Assembly (NCBI RefSeq): GCF_009914755.1
Contig: NC_060935.1
From: the human T2T-CHM13v2.0 reference genome, Homo sapiens
Direction: 5' to 3' (one strand)
Length of the DNA: 64,000 nucleotides
The position numbers were made by a program, and so were the translations under genes. The notes beneath the pieces were generated by a model. It ran no database searches. It was given only the letters and a program-made list of their open reading frames with translations, and was not told where the DNA came from. This document shows positions 1-16,069 of the stretch, in pieces. The first letter of the stretch is position 1. Each line of letters opens with the position of its first letter.

Positions 1-630
1 GAGTTGTGAAGGAGGCCGTTCAGCAAGCAATGAAGTGCTAGTGCAGGAAGGCCCGAGCTGGGAAATGTCCGGAGAGACCCTGTGAAGTGATGCAGGGATC
101 AGGAAAGCTTCCTGGTGGAAGCAATGTCTGAGCTGAGGCTCACCACAAAGAGGAATGGGAGTGACTGCTAGAGGGAAAGTGTTCCAGGCAGTGGAAAGCT
201 GTGGCCAAGACCTGGGGGGGTCTGAGAGGCCATTGTACATTTGAAGACAGGTGGCTGGAACCCAGAGTGAGACTCTAGGAAGGGAAGAGAGTTAGTCTGG
301 AGCTGCAGGCAGGGAAGGGGAGACAGCCAGCTCATAATACAGTGTGGGCAAAAATCCAGAAACCATGTGGATCTAATTTGATATCAATTTTACATGTATA
401 TGTGTATATACCTACACACACATACATAAAATCAGTTATGTTTGTGTGTGTGTATATGCATATTTGTGTGTGTGTGTACGTGCGTGCATACAGAAAGTTG
501 TTTTTTTAAGGCATGCTTTAAATACGAAGCCATCACTTCCTTTTCCCAGTCCTGGGTGCCTTTTGAGATGAGTGTTGGTGCTCCCCCCACCGCCATGTGC
601 CATCTTCTGGAGTAAGAGGGAGTGCTTTCA

Positions 631-1256
631 CTGTGTGCAGGTGTGGCTAAAGAGTATTCACTGTGTGCAGGTGTGGGTGAAGAGTATTCACCGTGTGCAG
701 GTGTGGCTGAAGAGTATTCACCGTGTGCAGGTGTGGCTGAAGAGTATTCACCGTGTGCAGGTGTGGCTGAAGAGTATTCACCGTGTGCAGGTGTGGGTGA
801 AGAGTATTCACCGTGTGCAGGTGTGGCTGAAGAGTATTCACTGTGTGCAGGTGTGGCTGAAGAGTATTCACTGTGTGCAGGTGTGGGTGAAGAGTATTCA
901 CTGTGTGCAGGTGTGGGTGAAGAGTATTCACTGTGTGCACGTGTGGCTGAAGAGTATTCACTGTGTGCAGGTGTGGGTGAAGAGTATTCACTGTGTGCAG
1001 GTGTGGGTGAAGAGTATTCACTGTGTGCAGGTGTGGGTGAAGAGTATTCACAGTGTGCAGGTGTGGGTGAAGAGTATTCACTGTGTGCAGGTGTGGGTGA
1101 AGAGTATTCACTGTGTGCAGGTGTGGGTGAAGAGTATTCACAGTGTGCAGGTGTGGGTGAAGAGTATTCACTGTGTGCAGGTGTGGGTGAAGAGTATTCA
1201 CTGTGTGCAGGTGTGGGTGAAGAGTATTCACTGTGTGCAGGTGTGGGTGAAGAGTA
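631..1256. repeat. 30-bp VNTR, ~21 units (CTGTGTGCAGGTGTGG[G/C]TGAAGAGTATTCA)
   Basis: Direct 30-nt periodicity; explains the repetitive ORFs at 432-1309. Confidence 0.98.
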
Positions 1257-2984
1257 GGCTGTCCAGGATTTCAATCCTTGGCTTTTGCTCTGCAGCAAGG
1301 GCTGGCTGAGGGCACTGTGAGGCTTCTTCAGGCCCAGGAGTCAGGCCCACTTTCCCTTTTCTCTTGAGGGAATGACTCAGAGAACACTCCTGCCACCGGA
1401 GGTTCTGCAGGCTTTTGAGAGGCAGCCAGTGGAGGCTGATGGTAGCAGTTGGTGAGAAAGAGGAAGTATGTAGTGGCCATTCCTCCGGCCACTCCTGACA
1501 AATATTTCTGTCACTAAACAGCACCTCTCTGTGGCAGCCTTGGGCTGTGTTCTGGAAAGGGAGGAGCTTTCCTCTCCCTGTGGGAGGGCCTGTCATCTGT
1601 GGCTTCTGCTTTGCCCTTGGCCACAGACTAGATTGCACAACACAGCCAATGAGAGTCCCTCTTCCCTCACAAGTGCTTGGAGTGCAGACCTTAACTTACA
1701 GGGTTGTAGAAGTGACCGTGTTCCACACTGCAGGGTCCAGGTCACAGCCGGCAAAGCACATGAAAATTGACCTAAGGTTAGAATGTGATTATCCTACTGG
1801 GAAAGGTTTACTGGGACAGCATTTCACTTCTGACTCCATAGGCTGTCGTCTCCTGCCAGGGAGTGAGTTTTGTTTCCATGCTTGTCCAGTCTTTACTGCT
1901 TTCCCAGAGGCCATAAACCTGCCTTTTCCCAGAGGCCATAAACCTGCCCACCTCCTGCTATGTTCTAGTTCTGATAGGAGTACCATTCAGAGTTCTTGGC
2001 AGGGGACCAACCCGCTTCTACCGTGGTTGGTTTCCCCTCCTTTTCCCAGCTTGTTTGATGTGCACGTTCTCCAAAATTCTTATGCAGCTGGTTGGCTCTG
2101 TAGTGCCCAGAGATTGGAGCTCCTGCAACGGGAACCCCGCCGCTTCCCTCCCTGGTTTTAGGGGCAGGGCTTGAAAATAAAGAATCATAATCTCCCTTCC
2201 TCCTCCTCCTCCTCTCCCCCACTTCTCCCTGCCCCCACCCCCACCCCCACCCCCACCCTGCCAGGCAAACTGGAGTGACCAGCTCAGAGCGGGACTCAGT
2301 CCACCTCCCTGCTCTGCATGTCAGCAGTGATCTGGAGGAGATTCCGGGGCGCATGAGTATGTGAACTCTGGAGCACGTTACTGTCCCGGGCTGGCACTCT
2401 GTGGCAGGTGTGTGCACTCATTCTGCTGTTACTGGAGACCAGTCTCCTTAGGGGTGATGGTGACCCAGCTAGATGTCTGCCAGGTCTGTCCAAGGCCACC
2501 CTGTTCTCTAATAGCTTGGGAAATGGAAAGCACTTCTAAATACCCCTGCTCTTCAGAAGAGCTGGCTGGGTGGTTTGGGGAGTTTCTTCTTTGAATCTCT
2601 TAGAGTACAATATCCCTTTTTTCCCGAAAGCCAGGTTCTTTAGTTCCTAAGCTCCATTCTCTTGTTGCTAACTTACTACCTTCAGTTTTCTTAGGTTGGG
2701 TGCATCTTCCCTGGCCTCAACAAGACAGTGGCTGAAAGGTCAAGAGAGTGGTAGCTGCTCCTTTGAGAGAAAGGGGATGTTGGAGTGGGAGCACAGGCTG
2801 CCAGCAGTTGTTTCACCTTCCCCCTTTGGCTGGCTAGGAAAGGGGCACCACTTTAGTCTTCTGCCAACCTCCACAGCCAGCTGTGGGAAAACCCAAAAGG
2901 AAACATCCTCTCGCTGCTAAGACTTGAGAGCCTGAGGCAGAGACCAGCCAGTAGCAGCCCGACCCTGCTGAATGGGGAGGATTG

Positions 2985-3290
2985 TTTATTTTATTTTATT
3001 TTTTTCTGAGACGGAGTCTTGCTCTGTTGCTCATGCTGGAGTGCAGTGGCGCGATCTCGGCTCGCTGCAACCTCCACACCCCAGATTAAAGCGATTCTTC
3101 TGCCTCAGCCTCCCGAGTAGCTGAGACTGCAGGCATGCGCCACCACGCCCAGCTAATTTTTGTATTTTTAATAAGAGACAGAGCTTCACCATGTTGGCCA
3201 GGCTGGTCTTGAACTCCCGAACTCAGGTGATCCGCCTGCCTCGGCCTCCCGAGGGACTGGGATTACAGGCATGAGCTACTGTGCCCAGCC
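2985..3290 (-). mobile_element. Alu (AluS-like)
   Basis: Alu consensus, T-tail, TSD-like gattg.ttattt. Confidence 0.9.
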
Positions 3291-4306
3291 TGAAGATTGG
3301 TTATTTAGGGGCTGTGACAAATGGTTTTGCAGAGGAGCACTGGAAAGCCTGTAACTTCACAGAGCCAGGGGTCAGCTTTTGTGCCATAGCCTTATAGCTT
3401 CTGTGGCCTGTAGTGCCTGAGGCCAGGGGATCAGGTGCTGACCACCTTTCCCTCTTCCTTCCTGTGTCTTGCGGCCAGCGACTGTTATTGTCAGGTTGAC
3501 CCTCTGGTTAGAGAGGATGACTTTGGCCTGGTGTCCAGACTCCCTGCTGCCTTATCCCCTCTGCCCTGGAACTGCACCTAAAAACAATTACTTTCCTCCT
3601 GATTCCAACATAAGTGGTCACAGAAAGTTCTGTTTTGGCATTTTGATTTCTGATTGGGAGTTTAGGCATCTGAGAATTGAATGCTTGCTTTATACAAATA
3701 TACCCTTAAGACATCTCCTCTTTTTTCAGCCCTACATGCTTTGCTTGGGTATTAATTGAACTTGGGGCTTTTTAGGGACCTTATGTTGCCTACCTTCCTA
3801 GTTTCCCCTCCACTCCACCCCCAAAAAACCCAAAGAACATTGGAAAAATTGAGCAGTGCCTCAAGGTCACTTGATCATAAGTGGTATTTGGCATAGTTAA
3901 CTGGTTTGGTGTTTGGTGAGAGATTTCTGCTTTATATTTGAGCAAAAAATTTCTTGGCGGGAGGCCTCTATGCTGTGTTGCCAATGCTTGCCCTGTGCGC
4001 AGGGTTTGCCCCCTCCCCTCCCTTGACAGGTTGTTCTAATCCCCTTGTCTATAAACAAGTGCAGCAGAACTTGTCGGCCCAGCTCACATGACCTTGGTTA
4101 TCTCTTTAACCAGCATCAGCGTTAGATACCACGGTCACTTGACATGGTAGAGCTGTCAGGGTAGAGTGGAGATACCAGCAGGAATCCTGGTCCACGAAGA
4201 AAGGTAAATGGGAGTGTGTGTGAGGCCTTAGGACTGGGTGGGAAAAGTCTGTTCCCATGGGGTAGGGCTTTCAGCTGTGAGAAGAGGATAATTTCATTCC
4301 TTCTCC

Positions 4307-4890
<584 letters not shown>

Positions 4891-6265
4891 CAACTTTCAT
4901 TCCTTCTTTATCACCCTAAAATTTCTAGTTCTGGCGTCTTGTTTATCTTTCTCAAATCCTGTCTGCAGGGGCCCAGGACATGCAGCTGTTTCAGGAAACC
5001 GCCCTTGAGATGGGGCAGATGTATGCTAGTTCATGGGCTATAAAACTCAACACCAAAAATCCCATCGTCCTAAACAGTGACCTGTTATGTTGTGTGAAGG
5101 ACAGTGGCGATGGGGGCCTGGCCGCCAGAGAGGCTGCTGGATTCTATGGCAGACACACTCAGGAGCTGGAAGTGTGGCTAAGCTTTCAGCAGCACCATCA
5201 CTTCCCTCCCCATACACATGCACACAGGTTTCCTTTGTCTCACAGCTGAAGAGGCAGCGCCCAGCTTCAGTAAGCACTGTGTATGAGAATGGACTTACTC
5301 TGGCCACACTGTGCACACGCATGTGTGTGTAAAACACTGATCACATTTCCCATAAAGACTGTTGATTTGCAGAGTTTCCAGGCCCATACATCTAGGGCGG
5401 GATGTGTGTGTTTTCATCAGGGGAGAGTAGAGTGGCCTTTTGTGGAAGGGATAAAATGGTTGAGCTGCTGGAGACTTTTCTAGCTCCATTTATACAGCAG
5501 CCTTTCTGCCTGGGTGCAGACTTGAACCCAAGTCCAAGTTCAAGCCATGTGTGTAGATGACCAGAACTTAGCCTTCAAACTTAGCCTTCAACTTCAGGAC
5601 TCTCCTGGAGAAAACATCCATCTCCTTTTGGAGATACAGAGAATTCGTGATGAGCTTTGAGTACAGAAGTTCAAGTTATATTTTCTGGCAACCTACAGAA
5701 TAAGTTGGGAAAGGATATGTAATTATAGAAATAACCAGCATGTCGCCAGGCATTGTTGTCCGTGCTTTAGATGGTGTGGATATTTTGTAATTTCTGATTC
5801 TTTACCTACTGTTTTCAAGACTTGGTAGGGACCCCGTTATGGCTGTGGGGTTCTTTGTCCTTGGTAGTTAGCATGAACTATGTAGAGCAACAGAATGGGT
5901 AGCCGTGGCCTCTGGCCACCCAGCTAAATTCTACTGATGAGAGGTATCCTGGGTGGGTTTCTTCTTTGGGTCTTCGTTTATGCCGCCATTCCTATTGCCA
6001 GTTAGAGCTGCCTTTTAGGATTTGTTGGGTAGGAGCTGTATTCCTCTTGGAGCCATCTTTTCTTCCCTGCCATCTCTGAGTGAATTCAGAGGTGGAGAGC
6101 TACAGACTTGGCTGCTTGCCTCCTTCAAAACACCCAGCATTCCCTTGTCCACAGTCTGTGTAGCAGCACATCTAACAATGCCCAAAAGCGGCCCCCTTCC
6201 TCCCAGCCACTTGTTAATGGGTGGTTCTGGTTCCTGAGGGCTTCGACCAGTGCACGAGCTAATCT

Positions 6266-6397
6266 CACTGAAGAGTGCCATTCCCAGGTTCATACCACAG
6301 AAGTTAGAAAGCTCAAAGCCCAGGTCTTCTGCACCGAAGAGTGCCATTCCCAGGTTCATACCACAGAGGTTAGAAAGCTCAAAGCCCAGGTCTTCTG
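6266..6397. repeat. 66-bp tandem duplication (2 copies, 2 mismatches)
   Basis: 6266-6331 vs 6332-6397. Confidence 0.95.
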
Positions 6398-6443
6398 CTG
6401 CCTTGGGCCATTCCCTTCTCTTAGAAACCAGTTCAATCAGACT

Positions 6444-7048
<605 letters not shown>

Positions 7049-7703
7049 TGCTTTTTAATAAGGTACACGTAATGGAAAATGGCTGTCATCTGGTTTGCCA
7101 TACTCTGCTCCTAGGTAGAAAGTACAAACAGCAAGGGCCCCTTGGAGCAAAATTGTCATTGCCGCCAGTGAATAAACAGCAGTGGTTGGCTTTGAGGGGC
7201 ACCTTCAGCCTAAAGCCATAAGCTGACATATACTCAGTCTCACTGAGAAGCTCGGGCTTTCCACTGTTCACCTAACTGCTGACAAATGAATCCTCCATTG
7301 ATCTGGCAAGCTGGCCAGGATACCTGCCCAGGCCATGGCCACTTAGTAACAGGATCCGGTTCTCAGTGCAGGGTTGAGACTGCAGCAGCAGTGGCAAGCC
7401 CAGTAAGGCAGGTATGAAGCACAGCCCCCGCATCGGTTGCCTAGTAGGGAAGACAGTTGTAAAGAGCATTTGCCCCTGTTATGTCAGGGTACTGTTGCAG
7501 GTTGTCTTTTCTCCTCTAGCTGGAAGTTGTTCTACCCAGTCTTCCTTAATTAGCTCTTCTTTTGTGTAAGGCAGCACCCATTTAAAATTCTTTTCCTCCA
7601 GCCTCATTCCTCATCTCCATTTGGGTTTATATCTCCTCAGAACCTCTCTCCTACCCAGCCTTAAGCTCTACCCCAAATGCTTTGAAGCTCTCTTGTTCAA
7701 GTC

Positions 7704-8013
7704 TTTTTTTTTTTTTTTTTTTTTTTTTTGAGACAGAGTCTCTCTCGCTCTGTCGCCTAGGCTGGAGTCAGTGGCACGATCTCGGCTCACTGCAAGCTCC
7801 GCCTCCTGGGTTCACGCCATTCTCCTGCCTCAGCCTCCCGAGTAGCTGAGACTACAGGTGCCCACCACCACGCCCGGCTAATTTTTTGTTTTTTTAGTAG
7901 AGACAGGATTTCACCGTGTTAGCCAGGATGGTCTCGATCTCCTGACCTCGTGATCCACCTGCCTCGGTCTCCCAAAGTGCTGGGATTACAGGAGTGAGCC
8001 ACCGCACCTGGCT
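7704..8013 (-). mobile_element. AluY-like
   Basis: Diagnostic gcaagctccgcc / ttcacgccattc; TSD caagtctt. Confidence 0.88.
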
Positions 8014-8367
8014 CAAGTCTTCTTGATTCAAGCCCTCACCCAGAGCTTGAAGACTAGGGAGCCCCCGTGTCTGCTGCCCATGGTGCTTGGAGAGCAAAGA
8101 TCTGTTCCCGGGTCCTGAGTTGGAACTCTGAATTCATTTCCTGTTCTGGGCTATGGTTTAAGTCTTAAGTACAATTCACGTACCCCTTGAAATACTATGC
8201 TGGGACCTCATGGGCTGGCCTGAGAACACAGCTACCATTTGTAACATGTTTCTATGGAAAAAGAGTTCCTTCTTAGAACAGAACTTTTGGTAACTTGGGG
8301 ATTTCTTGACTAATATGCTGCAACAGATTTGCATTTGCCTGTGGAAGTGTCTCTTTATTTTGTATTC

Positions 8368-8776
<409 letters not shown>

Positions 8777-10366
8777 CTAGAGAGCTACCCTTGTCTTCTG
8801 TGATTGCCTTGAGGGGCAGGTTTGTCTGGGTTCTCCATGTCAGCTGATTTGATCCATAGTCCAGTAGCACCTGAAACAGGATGCCCTCATTCCACAACTT
8901 AGGTGCCCTCTCCTGCTTGGTTTTTTAATGATCTGCTACAGGAGAAAGATAGCACCTCTCCCTTCAGCAGGAGCAGCCCAGTAAGGGCTTGCTTCTAGAA
9001 AGATTGGCCAGTTGGATTTTTAGTGGTCACTTAAGTGGAGTAGCCACTTTGCAGCCTGGCCCAACAGGGAGACAGTTCTGAGGTGAGGGTGGCAGTGACA
9101 GCCTTGGGGTGGTTTCTGATGTGCTCTGACCTCTGGCCATGGTGACTTCTGGAGCAACAAACTTTGTCCCAGTATTTTTTTCTGACATTTCCTCCTCCTT
9201 ATTCAACTCCCTCTTTGAAACTGGAGGAGTAGGGAGGCAGTATTTGTTCACTTCCAGAGAAAGATGCAGCAGGAAGAGGCATATGTCTTGTTCTGCACTT
9301 TCCAGCAGCAATGCTGGGACTAGGGGGTCTAGAAGGCCTGTTTCCCAGCTCCAGGCTGGATCTTATCCTCAGCATACAAGCAAGTTTTAAGGAAACAACA
9401 TTGGAAAGGGCAGAAACAAAGGGTTAAATCTGTACCCAGGTAGAAAGACTGTTGCATAAATGCTGAGTTTTTTTTTTGTTTTTTTTTTTAAGATCTCATG
9501 CTTCTTTTTTACTTTGTGTTGGCAAAAACCCCAGGAGAAGATGGGAGATTCTGGGAGGAGATGATTATGCTGGGTGAGTCAACTGAGCTCCCCAGCTGCC
9601 GTTTTTAGTTCTTTTGCTTTTCTGTAACAGGAGGCAGTTTGGGGAGGGGTTGGGGGCAGGGTGGGAATGCTGATTTTTGCAGCAGGACAGGAGGCAGGTG
9701 TGTATGGGTGAAATTATTTTGACACCCTAGAGTTAACCGGGCCTTAGAGTCAGTACATTGGTTCAAGTAACAAATATCAAAGCAGAACTCTTAGTGTGGC
9801 AAACAATAAATAATTGTCTCCTAGATTCTTATACAAGTCACTGTCCGTCCCCAATTGGTAGCTCTTAGAATGGCTCGAGTTGCATTCATTGTCACAGCAA
9901 GACACAATGGTTTTGATAGCAAAGCAGTAGAGAAACTAAATGTAGAGAGGCAGAGAGAACTGTATTAAGTCTGAGGACCTGGTGGTTGTCATGGGCAGCA
10001 GGAAGTGTGAAGGAGAGGGTTTTCCCTCCGATGAAAGGAAGGCTAGGGCTTGATTCAGGGGAGCAAGTGGGATGGGCCCTGCTGGTCCCTGGCTGTGCCT
10101 ATATTCTGAGTCTGTCTCCAGCTCACCTTGGTGATCACTCACTTTTCATCCATCACTGGGATAGGGGATCTCGTGGCTCATTACCCTCATGGGTATTTTT
10201 TGCAGAGTACACTGAAGTGGGCTATCAGTTATCAGTTGGTCCCAGAGACCGTCATGAAGACATCGCAAAATGTTTTCTTATGTATTCATTTGTGCACATT
10301 TATTAATTCAGTACTTTACTGAATACTGTGCTGGGCATTGTTCTGGGCCATGAATAAGACAGACCT

Positions 10367-10659
<293 letters not shown>

Positions 10660-10954
10660 TACCAAGGTCCCTCCTTTTGTAGTGTAGTCTAGCAGGAAGG
10701 ACAGATAGTAACCAACCAACTTCAAGGGCAACGAATGCCTCGAAAGAGGGGAAATGGGGCTGGTAGCAAGAAATTGTGATCTTCCTTCCTCTACCCTTAT
10801 CTCTTGGGGTCGAGAGTGGGGTCGAGAGTGGGCAACTTTAAAGATCAAAAAGTTGTGCCTCTCTTGTTCCCTAAGTATTGTAACATGGGTCAGCTAGGTG
10901 TGGGCACTGTTGGGCACTGAGGGTATATGAAGGTGAGGGAGATACTGGCTCTCA

Positions 10955-11310
<356 letters not shown>

Positions 11311-11646
11311 AAGAAATGAAGAGTACAGATAGAGCGCTGAGAGTCTAGAGAAGTGAGTCTAGAGAAGTGAGTGACCACTCCCCGCTAAGACGGTGTCTGG
11401 ATTTGAGATAAACAACGGATAAGAGGACTTACCTGGATCACAGGAAGGCGCATAGGATAGATGACCACTTTCCTTTTAGTATGTGTAGATCTGGGTAGCT
11501 CTTTGTACCACAATTCTGACCCATTCTTTTTTCTTATTATTTTTATTTATTTATTCAAAATAATAATTTTTTTTTTGAGACAGTCTTGCTCTGAGCCACC
11601 ATGCCCAGCCTGAAATAATAAAAGTTTTAATCTTTTAAAAAATATG

Positions 11647-11939
11647 GGCCAGGCTTAGTGGCTCACACCTGTAATCCCAGCACTTTGGGAGGCCGAGCTG
11701 GGCGGATCACCTGAGATCAGGAGTTCGAGACTAGCCTGACCAACGTGGAGAAACCCTGTCTCTACTAAAAATACAAAATTAGCCGGGCATGGTGGCGCAT
11801 ACCTGTAATCCCAGTTACTTGGGAGGCTGAGGCAGGAGAATCACTTGAAACCCGGGAGGCGGAGGTTGCAGTGAGCCGAGATCACGCCATTGCATTCCAG
11901 CCTGGGCAACAGGAGCGAAACTCTGTCTCAAAAAAAAAA
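11647..11939 (+). mobile_element. Alu (AluSp-like) inserted at the 3' end of the U6 pseudogene
   Basis: Alu consensus; directly abuts the U6 sequence. Confidence 0.9.
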
Positions 11940-12024
11940 GGAATGCTTCACAAATTTGTGTGTCATCCTTGCACAGGGGCCATGCTAATCTTCTCTTTAT
12001 TGTTCCATTTTTTTGTATATGTGC
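11940..12024 (-). pseudogene. U6 snRNA pseudogene
   Basis: Reverse complement matches U6 (GCACATATAC...GAAGATTAGCATGGCCCCTG...AAGGATGACAC..AAATT.GTGAAGC.TTCC). ACAGAGA box mutated to AAAGAGA, CpG decay, 5' ~15 nt absent. Confidence 0.93.
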
Positions 12025-12927
12025 ATGTACAGAGTAGTGGAGCTGGGTTATCACTACAGTCTAACTCCAGAATGACACCCTTCACTACTATACCATATAT
12101 GGTGCCCCAGTATACAGCAGTGGAGCTAGGAAGAAAAGCCCAGTGTCTAGAGAGCCCAGAAAATATGCCAAGAACATATATACTAGGCAAAGAAAACGAG
12201 GTTAGGAGGAAGCCCAGCCACCTCAGCTGCACTGGTTAGGATCTGCTGCCTCCCCACAGTCCTCTGTAAAGTGAGCCAGACCTCTATGCTGCAGGCTTCC
12301 TTCTGCCTACCCCCACCACCCCCATCCCCCAGAGCCCTGGGCTACTGGCAGGCTGGCTCTCCTGTGATATGGAGGAACTTGTTGGTCTCCATGGTTACGG
12401 TAACCCACTGGTATGGGAGGAACCGCATAAAGTGCGAGGCTGGCAGTGTGAGCTTCCCTCAGCCCTTGGCACCATGTGGTACTGGTATGTCGGCTGTTTC
12501 ATGGACCTTTTCTGGGAGGAGGGAGTTAAGGAACTGATGAAGAAGGGAAGAACCCTGGCAGGACCACTGTCGTCATCCTCTGGGCCACACAGAGGGCGAA
12601 GGCATGGGCACCATGTCATTCAGCTACTCCTCCTGCAGGATGGTTTTATGTTAGGAAAGAGGGTCCTCTTTGCCTGATTGCCCAGCCATGGCAGAATTTG
12701 ACTTTTCCTTGTTATAGAGGGAATACCAGGATGACAGGAATCAACTTAGCTATACTGGTACTTACAGTCAAATTTCTAGGTATTGTAGCTCTTCCCAGAG
12801 CCCAGAGAACCCTTGGAGAGGGGAAACAATGGTTCCTACCCAAAAATGAAGCTAGATAATAATAGAATACATCATCAAGACATTACTGAACACCACGTTC
12901 TATGGTAAACACTGACATGGATTTTCC

Positions 12928-13244
<317 letters not shown>

Positions 13245-14264
13245 TAATCTTCACTCTAATTCTGTGAAATGGGTACAGCTAGTATCTTTATGTCCCAAAT
13301 GAGGAAACAGATTTGGAGAAGTTATGTCACTTTGCTCATGTTCAGTCAGCTGGTAAGCAACAGAGGTGGGCAGAGCGACTATAGTAAGTTTTCTGTATAG
13401 TTTACCTCTTCTAAGTTTCTGGAAGGCAGGAGCCAGATCGCACTGAGCTTTGCAACTGGAGCCAGGGCTCCAGAGTACTGCTCAACAAAGGTTTGCTAGG
13501 GCAACAGTAGCTGGGGATTTAGCGACCAGACCCCAGCAAGCAGATTCTCAGGGATGAAAGTAGTCCTGGAAGCCTCTAAAGCCCTGGTTGCTCAGTAGAA
13601 TCTAGTTTCAAGAGGAGCCCAGCATTTCAAGTGGCTCTGAAGACAGAGGAGATTTGGAGAGTGCTCTTTGCATTGTGGCTTCCAGGCCTGAAGGAGAGTG
13701 AGCTGGAGGTTGCTCTCTGTTCTCACCTCTTATGCCATGTCAGGTTTTTCCCAGGCAGGCTTGAGTCCTGGGGGAGCCCCGCCTCATGGCCCAGGCTGCA
13801 GTGCTGATCTCCCTGCCTTGTGGTGAGGATTGCAGCTCAGAGAGCTAAAGGGCAGTAAACCACCTTGGTTTTGGCTTTGTGCTTAAGTTGCAGGCTCTTC
13901 TGGTTATCCTTTGTGAAGGAGGCTCTTACCCTGGCTGGAAAGAGGGAGCAGCCCCTGCCTCCCATCTACAATGGGACAGTAAAGGAATATGGCTGTTTCT
14001 CAAGTGGAACAGTCACAGTTAATTTTGGGGGTGGGAGCATCCAGGCTTTCCACTGGTGAGTGCCTGCCAGTTTTACAAGCTCTCCTACACTGAATGCTCC
14101 TCTGGTTTATTGACTCTTGGCAGTTGATAGCGATAGTTGCTCATGGCAGTTGATAGCGATAGTTGCTCAGAATCAAAGGATGAAAAGACAGTTTCTGGAT
14201 ACAGTGAGGGAGGAAGGGTTAAAAAACAAAGGACTCCAACTCCCAGTTACGAGATGTCCCATAT

Positions 14265-16069
<1,805 letters not shown>

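Noticed and set aside
432-1309. Long repetitive ORFs on both strands; CRISPR-like periodicity
   Set aside because: These are products of a 30-bp tandem repeat. Units are contiguous with no unique spacers, there are no cas genes, and the context is a human intron.
11940-12024. Functional U6 snRNA gene
   Set aside because: ACAGAGA box mutated, 5' stem missing, no recognisable PSE/TATA.
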